From: the human T2T-CHM13v2.0 reference genome, Homo sapiens
DNA length: 64,000 nt
Assembly: GCF_009914755.1 (NCBI RefSeq)
Contig: NC_060929.1
Direction: 5' to 3' (one strand)
Under the pieces are notes generated by a model. It was not told where the DNA came from and did not search any database. It saw nothing but the letters and a program-made list of their open reading frames with translations. Each line of letters begins with the position of its first letter. Position 1 is the stretch's first letter. This document shows positions 1 through 12,104 of the stretch, piece after piece. A program made the translations under genes and the position numbers.

Positions 1-1790
1 AATTTTAAAGTTGTTATTTAGTGTTTCTACATGAAGCTATTGAGATTGATTTATGACTACCTTTTATTTCAGGATTTAATATTTCAGAAAAAAATGTATG
101 GACATTTTTCAGTGAGGTGGACTCTCCTTCAATGTGTTCAAATTCTTTCAATGAAACAAATTTTGGTTGAATTTTGCCAAGAGATGGGCATTTTAAAAAT
201 ACCTGATTTCTGCCCATATTGCTTGAGTATTGAGAAACCAAACTGGGCCCCATGCCAAAGTCTTCATAGATACCTACAGTCTAAATAGCTCACCTTTGAT
301 CACATGACAATTCAATGGCAGGATTGATCCTAAACTCACCACCTGTTTAAGCCTTGCCCACAAGCACCAAGCCTTTCTTCTAGTAGGAAAAGAGATATTC
401 CAAAGGGGCTAAGTTCCAAAAATAATTTTGGGATACATTAATGCCATCTTTAAATAGAGGTCTTTTTTTTGCATAGACTCCTTAGTTTCCTTAGTAGATT
501 TAGGGTGCAGGGAACTTATTAAGGAATCAATTAGTGCCTTATTGCTCTGTTGAGGACTGAAGGATACCCTTTCAGCACTGGGAAACTTTTTGTTCCTCTC
601 AAGTACCCATACACTTTCAGGTAATGACTAGGGGAATCTTTGATTTATAGATTGTGAACACAAAAATTCATTTTCGAGGTAGCCAGGAAAGGGAAAAAAG
701 TTTCAGAAGATCGACAGCATTAGAAACTATAGCTGAGAAAAAGAAAATCTGAGCAGAAATTATTGTGAGATATTATTCCTTCAATTCCCAGCAGCTAGAA
801 GGAAAAGGTACCTGTAGTCCTAGCTGGATATTACTTTATGATAAGCCTCTGATTATACACATTGGTCTTTCAGATTCCAACACAGGTAAAAGATTATGTA
901 GGTTTAAACCGCTGGTGCATATCAATGAGCAGATATAACCAACAATGGCCGATGGCTATCAATATGCTAAGGATAGTAAGTTGCCACAGGAAGCCTGTCA
1001 AAAAAAACTCCTCAATTCTGGCCACACAGCCACCATCCACCAGGGTCACCCAGAAACACCAGTGCTGGTTGAGGTCCCTCTTATGTCTAGTCAGGTAACC
1101 CCATTACAAAGCACTGGTGACTTGGAATCCAGGGTGATTCAAAAGACCAGGCTGATCACTAGCCACCAGCAGGTCAACTAAGTTAACTGCTGAGCACCTG
1201 AGTGCACCACTGAAGAACAAACTGGGGATGGAATTGTAACTACTGCACCAAATGGACACTGTAAGGAATGCACAAATGAAGAGACCAAGGCGTGATTCTT
1301 TTCCTGTGCACACCACTCCGGCTATTCTAACTCCCAATTCCTCTCTTCTTATTACTGCTCTATCTCTCCATGCCACTGAGGCACCATAACCCAGTTACAG
1401 AGCACAAAAGTTCCAATCCATCAATGTTTAAAAATTGGGGCATTTTTTCTCAAAGCCAATGCCAACTGCATCCTTTGGGAAAGTGTCTTCTAGCTTTCTG
1501 AATCATGCACTGGTAGGTGGTGGCTATATATTTCAGGGCAGTTATATATTGTGAGTAGCCCAGTGATGTGGGAAATGTTGTTTTTTTCATATGGGGCTTC
1601 CTCTTGTCAAGGCAGATGTAGCTGAACAAACCGGCATCCGTGACAGCCCTGGAAGCCCAGGCCCTGGAACATAGAACTACAAGCATGTCAGAATCTAAGC
1701 AGCTCCAGCGACCGCAGGAGCTACAGCTCATCCATGTTTGTTATAATTTTCTGTTTATCTCTCTCTGTCCTCATTCCTCTGTGTTTGGCT

Positions 1791-2650
1791 TATAAAAGAA
1801 AAATTATGCTGAACCAGTTAAACAGGCAAGGAAGACTTTATTCAAAATGATTACAACAGAGGAGAGAGCTTCAATTCAACACTGGAAACAAAGGAGGGAG
1901 TTAAGTGCTGAGATGGGCTAGTGAAGTACTCAAGGTTGGGAGGAAATAAGTTGATTAGTGAAATTTGACCATTTGTGTTTGCTAATTGGTACTTATCAAA
2001 TTTAGTCTCCTGCTTTTTCACAGAGACTGGGAGATAGGGTCGATGATATCTTCCTTGATGGTTACATTTCAAAAGGATGAGTTGCATGTCCTTGGGAAAG
2101 ACAGAATGGGTTGCAAAACTGGCAAGAGGCTGGGTGAAGATTTACATCTCAAAGGGGCAGAGAAAGGATTTAAAATTGCAAGTTTTCTCAAATAAATGCT
2201 CAAAGAAAAGGGAGGTGTATTAGTCCATTTTCACACTGCTGATAAAGACATATCCAAGACTGGGCAATTTATAAAAGAAAGAGGTTTAATTGGACTTACA
2301 GTTCCACATGACTGGGGAAGCCTCACAATCATGGTGGAAGGCAAGGAGGAGCAAGTCCCATCTTACATGGATAGCAGCAGGCAAAAAGAGCTTTTGCAGG
2401 AAAAATTCCTCTTACAGTAACCATCAGATCTCATGAGACTTACTCACTGTCATGAGAACAGCATGGGAAAGACCTGCCCCCATGATTCAATTACCTGCCA
2501 CCATGTCCCTCCCACAGTATGTGGGAATTCAAGATGAGATTTGGGTGGGGACACAGCCAAATCATATCAGGAGGCAAGAAGCCTAGGGTCAAGAGGAAAC
2601 CTGTCGAAAGTTTAGTTAAGTTGAGGGGAATGGTAATGCTGTTTTAATCA
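1791..2650 (-). mobile_element. ERV1-class solo LTR, MER67-like, interrupted by THE1
   Basis: Homologous to the LTR at 5690-6705 (shared aggaagact..attcaa, gagactgg(g)agatagg, ttacatttcaaa, gaaacctgtc..agtttagtt). The minus strand resembles the MER67 consensus as I recall it; AATAAA lies near its 3' end. Confidence 0.65.
2216..2569 (-). mobile_element. THE1 (MaLR) solo LTR
   Basis: Minus strand begins tgatatgatttggctgtgtccccacccaaatctcatcttgaattccc and ends ...ggactaataca; 5-bp TSD GGAGG at 2211-2215 and 2570-2574. Confidence 0.95.
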
Positions 2651-3448
2651 CTCTTCCCCATTTTTCTTATGGTAACAGTGGACTGACCTTTCTTCCTCTC
2701 ACGGCTCTTACCCACTGGCCATGGACCAAATAACCCATGCTCATCATCCCTTCAGCATCAGCTTCTGCTGTGAGGCCAAGGTACTGCTATGTCACAGTGA
2801 TTTCCTGCCAGCTGGCCTCAGGATTCATAGGCCTCACCCACTTTCTATTTCTTTTTTACATTGATTTGAATTATTTTGCTTTTTCTTCTGCCATCTGGAA
2901 TAACCACAGACCTAAGTATATCTTCACTAATTACGAATTTTTCTTTCTTTTGGAGATTGTAGTCAATGTTTATTACCTACAAATTGAGTTATTGGGTATC
3001 TTTTTTATTTTTGCGCACTTACAAATCACTGTCTACCTATAGATAAACTAAACTTCAATCATTTTTTTCAAAAAAACTTTTTCTTTTTTTACTAAGTTCT
3101 CTAACACACCATCATCCTTTTCCACTTAAAATTTAATTTTAAAGCCAATATTCATTTATTCAAAGATAAGGTCATCCATCACTCCCATAATCTCCTGGAA
3201 AGATAAGAGTAATAAAAAGAAAAGTAATATGTCATATTTCCTTGACAAATAAAGCCATAAGTTGTAAGAATTCACATGCTTGGGTCTATCTTTGGCAACA
3301 GAACTAAGAAAGATATCGTAAGTGATATATATTTATTTATGCCCACTGGTTAAAATTACTTTACCAAGTAGTATGACTGCAGAAATGCAAGGAATTTATT
3401 CAAGCAAGGTGGAAATGGAATGCTTTACTACAGTTTGAAAAAGACAGT

Positions 3449-3920
3449 GTCTGCTAGGAGGATTAGGTTCAGCTGCAAATTATTAAAAATTCAAGCAAAA
3501 GTAATAATAAAACTGTGGCTTAAACAAGATTTTTAAAATCTTGCATAACGAAGACCCAATATAAGTAGCCACAGACTACCAGCCTCTCTGTGGTCATCAG
3601 GGACCCAGACCTCTCCTCCCTGATGACTGTTCATCCCTGGCTTGTTTGCACACTGCTGGGGCTCCTTCCACAGGAAGGAGAAAGCAGGTGAAGAAGAGTG
3701 AGCCCTCGATTTTAAGAACACTTCCAGGAAGTTGAACAAAACATTTCTCCTACCTCCTTTTGGCCACAACTTACTCATATGGTCATCCCTAGCCTAAGAG
3801 AGGCTGGGAAATGTGGTCTTTAAACTTGGCAGCTGTGTACACAGCCAGAAATCTTAATTCTTTATTTTACTAAGGGTAAAAAGGCAGATCAGATACTGGG
3901 GAGACCCAGCACTCCCCACC
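3449..3920 (-). mobile_element. Old MLT1-family (MaLR) LTR
   Basis: ggattaggttcagctgc terminus and gaggctgggaaatgtggtcttt motif, the reverse complement of typical MLT1J/K/L sequence. Confidence 0.6.
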
Positions 3921-3974
3921 ACACTGACATTATGTGTCTGTGAAGACATAGATAGTGTCTTCCTTCTTTGTTCA

Positions 3975-4166
3975 AATATATATATATATATTTGAACGTA
4001 TATATATATATATATATATATACACGTGTATATATACACGTATATATACACACATATATATACGTGCATATATATTGTGTATATATATATACGTGTATAT
4101 ATATGTATATATATACCTGTATATATATACTATACTATACAGGTATATATATACATATATATATAC

Positions 4167-4201
<35 letters not shown>
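3975..4201. repeat. Compound (TA)n/(TACA) microsatellite ending in (CA)n
   Basis: Directly visible; it accounts for the spurious YI-repeat ORFs at 3854-4316. Confidence 0.97.
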
Positions 4202-4329
4202 AATAATTCCAGTGTCCAGGCATATACTTATCTAGGTGTACAGTGGTGAGAGGACCCATGAAGGAACTTGGAAGTGTCTGTGTTGTAGCCCATAACAGGA
4301 TTTCAGTAGTTAACAAAAATCATGTAATT

Positions 4330-4490
4330 GCTAACCTTTATTGGGCATCTATAATGTGCCAGGAATTGTTCCAAACACCTTACCCATGCTAACTGTAATC
4401 ACATGTAGTTCATTCTCACAAAACACAACTGTGAGAGGGACTTTTAATATCTACTTTTAACAAATGAGGAAACTGAGGCAGTGCACACTG
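4330..4490 (-). mobile_element. MIR SINE remnant
   Basis: atgtgccagg ... caaatgaggaaactgaggca MIR core. Confidence 0.75.
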
Positions 4491-5805
4491 AAGCAGCCCC
4501 AGCCCTTCAGCTTGCTGCTTTCTGCCGTCACCTTCCTCATGGTAGACAACATCAGATATTTTGATTTCAAGGTCATTCTCTTTGATTATTTCAGCATCAA
4601 AATTTTACAAAAGGATGTGGTGATGCCGACAAAATGTTGTGCCATTCTCTTATTTAGTATTGGTGTCTTCCACTCACACTCTGAATTGATACCTTGTTTA
4701 CACCACTGAAGGAAATATTAAACATGAATTTCTAAGAGATCCCACTAAATTCATGTTCAACATAAATCTTTAGTGATACACAGTGTATGTGTATACACAT
4801 AAACTGAATTTTAATGAAATTTCAATTGCGACCTTTTTATCTAGTGGTTTGAATTAGTGAGTTTGATAAGACAAAACTCATGTGGATCACAGAGGAAATT
4901 TGACTGAGTTGATTAAAATTCCCTAATATGCTTATAAATATGATTTATAAAGAAGCTCTTCTAGTAAATTTTGAAAACCCTGTTTCTTAAGATCTTTTTC
5001 ATTTTTTTCTCTCCTTGATATTACTTCTAGAATTTTTAAGACTTCTTCCTTAATGGGAAAGCTTAGTATAAAATGCAGACCCATAAGTCTTACCTACTTT
5101 TCACTTTTGATCAAGATGTTATATGCCACCCAATTTCTGAATTAACCTCAAAGTCATGCCTGCAAATAGTTTACACATTGGGCTTTCTTTACTTGTAGAT
5201 AGGAATTAGATTCTGAAAGCCTTAAAGCTCAGGAAGGACTTCATACAAACTCTAATTTCTCCTCATTTTTTTTTCCTTAAATGATGCCAGTGATGTTATG
5301 CCAAAGTGAACTAGATGTCAGATCCAGCCCAGGGAGTTGGTAAACCACTGGCCTCCTGGCTTGTGGTCAATTCAAATGAGAGTGGTGTTGTGATTTCTGC
5401 TAATAATGATCCAGGATTTCTGCAGGGGCTCAGCCCCAGAGTGCAGGATATGAGCTTCTCCCCGACCAGTGCTGTGGCCCAGAAGCTTCCCTGAGTTCCC
5501 AAGTGTTGCAGTGCAGCAGATAGTCCTGTCTTCAATTGGCAGAACAATGTAATTAGCAAGGATCCAGGGCACCAGTGGGCATTGCTCCTGCTGACTTGGA
5601 AGAATAGGCAGCTTGCAGATAAAACATTTGCCATCTAGAATGTTCTGCTTCCTGTGATGAACAAAAGGAGTAGGCCAGGGCCGTGGGCATTGTCTAAGAA
5701 AAGTTGCACCAGTCAAGTTAAATGGGCAAGGAAGACTATTCATGACTATTGCAATGGGAGAGATTGAATTCAACTCCATTGAAACATAAGGTGGGAAGGT
5801 TTTTA

Positions 5806-6299
5806 TTTTTATTTATTTATTTATTTATTTATTTTCCATTATTCTCTTTAATGTCATTAAATTTTTCTTTTTTTTTTATTATACTTTAAGTTTTAGGGTA
5901 CATGCGCACATTGTGCAGGTTAGTTACATATGTATACATGTGCCATGCTGGTGCGCTGCACCCACTAACTCGTCATCTAGCATTAGGTATATCTCCCAAT
6001 GCTATCCCTCCCCCCTCCCCCCACCCCACCACAGTCCCCAGAGTGTGATATTCCCCTTCCTGTGTCCATGTGATCTCATTGTTCAATTCCCACCTATGAG
6101 TGAGAATATGCGGTGTTTGGTTTTTTGTTCTTGCGATAGTTTACGGAGAATGATGATTTCCAATTTCATCCATGTCCCTACAAAGGACATGAACTCATCA
6201 TTTTTTATGGCTGCATAGTATTCCATGGTGTATACTTTTCTGCTGACTCACCCCAGAGTTTAAAAACCTTCCATGTGTTTATGCAGCCAAAAAACACAT
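5806..6299 (-). mobile_element. 5'-truncated young L1 (L1PA2-like) with a complex 5' junction
   Basis: L1 3' end at 5868-6234. Diagnostics gagatcac and gctagatgacGAG (not the Ta ACA). TSD ggaaggttttta at 5794-5805 and 6300-6311. Confidence 0.93.
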
Positions 6300-6340
6300 G
6301 GAAGGTTTTTAAACTCTGGGGTGAGTCAGCAGAAAAGTAT
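6232..6340. repeat. Perfect inverted repeat, 49-bp arms, 11-nt loop
   Basis: 6232-6280 is the exact reverse complement of 6292-6340. Confidence 0.97.
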
Positions 6341-7607
6341 TGAAAGTGTCTATCAGGGAGAGAGGCTGGTTGATGTGATGAGGCCATCTGTGCTTGCTAA
6401 TTGGTGCTTATTGAAGTTAGGGTTCTGTCCTCGCAAGGAGACTGGAGATAGGAGCCCTATCTTTCTTAGTGATTACATTTCAAAGGCCTAGCTCCAAGAT
6501 CCACCGGGAAGACATTTTCTGGGTTGTAAAACTAGCAAGAGACTGGGAGAAGGTCTGCATTTGAAAGGGGTAGAAAAAAATGTATAGAGGCAAGATTTCT
6601 AAAGTAAATGCTCTGAGAAAAGAAAGGCCAGGGGTCTAGAGTCAGGAAGAAACCTGTCTGCAGTTTAGTTGAGCTAAGGGAACTGTTAAGTTCACCTTGG
6701 TTGGTGCACATGGTACTTCTCCTACCGGGAATCACAGCTCAGCCCACCACATGTCCTCTGACTCTCTCACTCCTCTTCTCAGGCACTCTCTCACTCCTTC
6801 CCTTCTCAGTTCAAATACTGTCTCTGTGCCAGCCTCACTCCCTCAGGAAATCTTCCTGGAGTTCCACCACCACCCCAAGGCCGTGTCCCTAGTAATCAAA
6901 CCATATTACAATTCCTCTCTTGCTGTCTGTCCTCATCTGACACTTGTCCTGTGCTTTCTGAATCCTAGCCTGGTATTTAGATGATAGTAGAAATTCCATC
7001 AGTGCTGAGTGATTAGTCCACTAGTGGATGAACACCAGTTTCATCCAATTGTCTTAAAACACTTTAATATGGCATGTTTTCTAGAACAAGCTCAATCATG
7101 TGCAAATTTTTGCAGGGAATGTCATTTGTAATTCTTCACCTTGAGTGGACATAAAGCAAACAATGTTATGGCCATGTGGCGATCATATGGTATTTCTCCG
7201 GAATTTAAAAACCCTTCCTAAAAGTTATTATATTTGTCCATCACATTAACGTTTATATAAACATCCCACATTGCCTCATTTGATTTTTACAAGTAGTCCA
7301 TGTAGTAAAGGCATAGGACATTTTGTCCCCATTTTAAGGTAGCAATACTATCAAGTGACTGAGCCAGATGTTAATTTAACTCCAAGTCATGAGTTCTCTC
7401 ATCACCCACCCCCAACCCCTTCTTCCACTCCCACCCCCACCCCACCACATCTTTCAAAAAAGGTCCCTCCTTTCCACCAACTACCACAGTCCATCCTCAG
7501 CGAATATGGTGTGGACTCTATCTGATTCTGAATTTCTCTGACATAATAACATCTATTTTTTAATCAAGGAGTGAATAATCTGGAGGTAAAGACTTGAATT
7601 CAAGGAG

Positions 7608-7796
7608 AAGAACATCACACACCAGGGCTTGTCGGGGGGTGGGGGGCTAGATAAGGGATAGCATTAGAAGAAATACCTAATGTAGATAACGGGTTGATGG
7701 GTGCAGGAAACCACCATGGCCTGTGTATATCTATGTAACAAACCTGCACGTTCTGCACACGTACCCCAGAACTTAAAGTATAATAATAAAAAAAAT
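7608..7796 (+). mobile_element. L1PA 3'UTR fragment (about L1PA7-10)
   Basis: atacctaatgtagat..., aaacctgcacgttctgcac, gtaccccagaacttaaagtataataa followed by an A tail. Confidence 0.9.
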
Positions 7797-7825
7797 AGGT
7801 AATACAATCTCATCTTTTGATTGGT

Positions 7826-7830
7826 ATGTG

Positions 7831-7876
<46 letters not shown>

Positions 7877-7927
7877 GTATGTATATATATGTGTATATAT
7901 ATGTGTGTATATATATGTGTGTGTGTG

Positions 7928-7959
<32 letters not shown>

Positions 7960-7960
7960 T
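7826..7960. repeat. Compound (TG)n-(TA)n-(GA)n microsatellite
   Basis: Directly visible. Confidence 0.97.
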
Positions 7961-9479
7961 ACTTGAATTCACACTTTGGGTAATTTAGACACCTAGTATA
8001 GTGCTTATTACTTGAGGATATCTTCTTAAATGAATCACTTGCTTTCAAAGGCACACTGATGCTCCCCAGCGCCAGTCTTCCTCCGTAGTCTTTCCCTTTC
8101 TTTTCTCATTTTACTTTGTCAGAGAAGCAGGAAATTTCTGCCAATGAGAGGAAGTGTGGGCAGTGGAAATTTCTGCTCCTTATGCTAAAATAGTAAGAAT
8201 ATTATAATAATGAAGATAATGAGATGATTATCCAAAATCATCTTTGATAGGAAAAAAATGAGGAACAGTAGAGATAAGTGATCTGAACAATACATAGTAA
8301 TGTAGAACCATACGGCATTTCTGGAAATTATATTCCATAATTTCTTGACATTGAGAAAGCTTCAAGGAGCATAGAACCTGCTTAATTTTTCTCAAAGAAG
8401 TCATTACTATATTTATAGTTGATATTTTTTCCTTAATATAAGGAGCCAGAACTTGTACTTCATATACTTACCAGCACATAGTTTCTCTGCGTAAATGTTT
8501 GCTGATGGAAGAAAGGAAGGAAAGAGACATTCAAAGATTGAATGATCAAGTGGGGACCCTGCATCCCATGAGGCTGAGTCACTGCCAGTCCCCAATTCTT
8601 CCCCCTCCACGGCTGCAAGCCTGCCCTCCCGACACTACAGTGGCCACCTCCACTCCTCTGGGTTGAACAAGGAAAGGAGCAGCAGAAGTTGGATGATTTA
8701 GATTTCTTCTTCAGATTAGCTATTTACCACTTAGCAAAGCTAGGAGGAGCTGAATTTGAAGGGCTGAGGACCAAAACTTGGCTCATTTGATGTAAGCCTC
8801 ACAGCAATCCAGGCAGTGGAAATGAGACATGGACCAGGTCCAGGCGAACCTTCCAAAATGAACAGGGCTGGGCTGAGCTGCCCACACACAATGTACAGTG
8901 GGGAGGCCCCAGGCATGGGGCAAACAAGGCTCCAAGGGTATCATCCATGGCATGCCTGCTACATGCTACCACCCAATGCAGGGACGCAGTTATGATCCCC
9001 ATTACCCATGTGAGCAAATGAAGACTTAGGGCTTAGGCCTATCTGGCAGAGGCTAGAGACTTCTACTTCTACCTGGGGCTGGAAATAAGGTCTGTCTATT
9101 TGCAGAGCCTGAGACACTAATTACTTCTGCTATTGACCATATTGCTCCTTCTTTCACATAAATGTGACATAGTTTGTGGAGGTCACTCTTGGGAGATCTC
9201 TTCCTGCTGTCTCCTGCAGTAGACAGCCTGAGAATGAAACATGACTTGGAGCCTCACATATCTGTGATAGAATCAACAGAGCCTGCACACGCCATTCTCC
9301 AAGCAACAGGGACCCAAAAGCTGAGGCTTGAAGGTGGTTGAAGGAGGAGCCAAAGGGAGGGTTTCTCTAACTTTCTGAGCGTTAAAGTCAAACTGCAAAG
9401 CTTTTAAGGTACGGATGAAAGCACTTTTGCAGCAATATTCACTGAAAAAACCAAATAGCCTGCTTTCTAAGAAACTTTT

Positions 9480-9864
9480 TTTTTATTATACTTTGAGTTT
9501 TAGGGTACATGTGCACAACGTGCAGGTTAGTTACATATGTATACATGTGCCATGTTGGTGTGCTGCACCCATTAACTCGTCATTTAACATTAGGTATATC
9601 TCCTAATGCTATCCCTCCCCCCTCCCCCCAACCCACAACAGGCCCCAGTGTGTGATGTTCCCCTTCCTGTGTCCATGTGTTCTCATTGTTCAATTCCCAC
9701 CTATGAGTGAGAACATGCGTTATTTGGTTTTTAACCCAAATGTCCAACAGTGATAGACTGGATTAAGAAAATGTGGCACATATACACTGTGGAATACTAT
9801 GCAGCCATAAAAAATGATGAGTTCATGTCCTTTGTAGGGACATGGATGAAGCTGGAAACCATCA
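9480..9864 (-). mobile_element. 5'-inverted (twin-primed) truncated L1PA
   Basis: Minus-strand L1 3' end at 9480-9732 joined to a plus-strand upstream L1 piece at 9733-9868; 15-bp TSD ttctaagaaactttt at 9465-9479 and 9865-9879. Confidence 0.95.
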
Positions 9865-10199
9865 TTCTAAGAAACTTTTATAATTGAAGCCAACTATCTG
9901 CTTCCTTTCAAGTCATTTCAACAGAGACAGAAATATCATTGCATTGTAGAGGCAGAAATGTCACTATACAAAGTTCAAGGTACCTGAGGGTTTGGGCCAT
10001 GAATAAACTTCGAAGATCCATTAGCACCAGAAAAATATGCACTTTGGCTAGTGTCTGTGTGTGTTTTTCTTCACTAGGGAGCCAGTCCATTATGTAATTA
10101 ATTAAAAACATGTCTGTATCAAAATTTGAACCATAAGTCCATAATGATAAAAAATAAATAGACAGGTCAATAAGTCACTAAATGGGACAGGAGAAACTT

Positions 10200-11262
10200 C
10201 TTCCTATAGCAGAAGACCAATATTTAAATGTAGAAGAAAGGATGAAAAAAATCTATACATCCATCACGAGACTGATTGCTACCTGCATGATTCATCAAAG
10301 AAAGCTTAAGTCATTGATGCACGTTTCATGAGGAAAGAATATGTACCCAGCCTTACGGTGTCTTCACATGGATCAATTACTACTTATATAAAGGGAAAAA
10401 TGTTAACTCTGCAGTGAAGAAACACAGTAGACACCTCTCTAACCAAGTCAGCAAAGTGAATGTCACCAACAAGACAAACTGGCCTTTCAGCCTCCTGAAG
10501 AGATGTACAAGAAAGACATCTTCACTCCCACTGTCTTCTCACCCAAAATGCTCAGTGCCACCTGAGCATGAAGAAACCTCAGACTGACTCAAACTGAGGA
10601 CTGTTTTATAAAATCTCTGCTCTGCACTCTTCGAAAAGGTCAATGTCATGGAAGACCAAGAATTAGGAGAAAGTGCTTCAGACTAAAGGAGATCAAGGAG
10701 GCAAGACAACTGATACCAAAGTGAGATCCTGGGCTCCACTAAGAACTGGGGAAAACTGCTGCAAGGTACATTATTAAGACATTTGGTGGAATTTGAATAT
10801 GGATTGTGAATTAAAGCCCCCAATATTTCAATGTAGGTTCTATTTTCCCTGAGTGTCGGCTGGTCTGAGAAATAAAGAGAAAGAGTACAAAGAGAGGAAT
10901 TTTACAGCTGGGCTTATGGTTAATTTTCACTCACCATGATGTTGATGTAAATTTTTCTGAATTTGATAATTGCATTATGGTTCTGGAAGTGGTTGCTCTT
11001 GTTCATGTACACAGAAGTATGGGTATTTGGCCTAAAAGGCAAAAGATCTCTAACTTACTCTCATGTAGTTTGTCAAATATTAATAATTATATACTCCCAT
11101 TATTATTGTTGTTATTATATAAGGAGAAAGAAGCAAATGTGACAATATAAATAGTCTATGAATCTAGGCAAATGGGACCCTGGAGCTTATATAGTTGTAC
11201 TATAGTTGCAACTGTTCTGTAAGATTGAAATTTTTCAAATAGATGTTAAAGAAAGTTAAAAA
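10200..11262 (+). mobile_element. Ancient L1M (L1MC/L1ME-type) 3' region
   Basis: gtcaatgtcatg..agac, agactaaaggaga, gaatttgaatatgga, tttctgaatttgataattg motifs typical of L1MC/ME 3'UTRs; boundaries approximate. Confidence 0.65.
10816..10913 (-). mobile_element. About 98-bp fragment of a MER11/MER9-type (HERV-K) LTR U5 end
   Basis: Reverse complement gcccagctgtaaaattcctctctttgtactctttctctttatttctcag..ccgacact..ggaaaatagaacctac.ttgaaatattgggggc matches the recalled MER11 3' end. Confidence 0.75.
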
Positions 11263-12104
11263 TCTTGGACCTGGTCCTTCTCTCCTATTTTACATTTGAG
11301 AATTCCAGTCTCATAGCAATTAAGTTAAAGGTATCATCTGTCAGTGGAAGAAACTGTACTAAAATCTAGATTCCTGAGTCCTACAAAAATGTTCTGTCCA
11401 CTTCCCCAGAAAACTGACACGTGTGTATTTTTTTTAACAAATTAATTGAACAACCCAGGTCATATTGCGGATAGCCGGGAGCTGGTTTTTAATGTTCTTT
11501 TTTTTTTTCTATAAAGTAGATATTCATTCAATAGAACGAAAGTGGGAAGGATATCTGGATCAGGTAGAAGCTATTCTTACCTTCTTGCTGTAATAATTAG
11601 GAGATGCCAAGCACATTTTATTATACCACATTTTTCAACTTCTTCCAAATATATGTAGAAGCAGACAGATTTCACATGAAAGTAGCCCTACTGAAAGTGG
11701 AAAAACAAGTCTTTCTTCATTACTGAGCCTGCGACAATACAAAGAATTTTGCTCCCAGTTTGCCACACCCCATCCCAACCACCTGCCCAGGAAGCTAGCC
11801 CACATAAGTTCTGAGACTTGGAGCATTTGACTTGATAAGCTGTGCCATGGAGCTCCTGACCTCTCAGGAGGGATAAAAGGGCCATGGATTTCCAGGGAGA
11901 CTTTATGTATTCAGTTAAGTCTCTGGAAGGGTTCTCAACAGAGGGAATAGGATTCAAGCTAAATTCATGCTTTTATGGGCACCTAAGTTTTAACAAATAT
12001 GCTACAAGGACAACATTCCATAGCAAGACCTCCCCCAATGGAGTCAGGCACATAATCAAGGCCATGTCTCATTTATTTTTCCTTTTAAGTTGTATTTATA
12101 TTAC

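Larger units (their letters stand above)
5690..6705 (-). mobile_element. Second MER67-like solo LTR, interrupted by an L1 insertion
   Basis: Collinear homology to the 1791-2650 LTR on both sides of the L1 insert. Confidence 0.65.

Noticed and set aside
800-1760. Short overlapping ORFs as an ERV internal region or processed pseudogene
   Set aside because: No recognisable motif, primer-binding site or poly(A)/TSD; left unannotated.
3854-4316. YI/TH-repeat ORFs (also 7664-8054)
   Set aside because: Translations of microsatellites.
1791-6705. Two same-orientation MER67-like LTRs as the ends of one provirus
   Set aside because: The LTRs are visibly diverged from each other, and the spacer holds older MLT1 and MIR sequence with no gag/pol/env remnant; independent solo LTRs are more likely.
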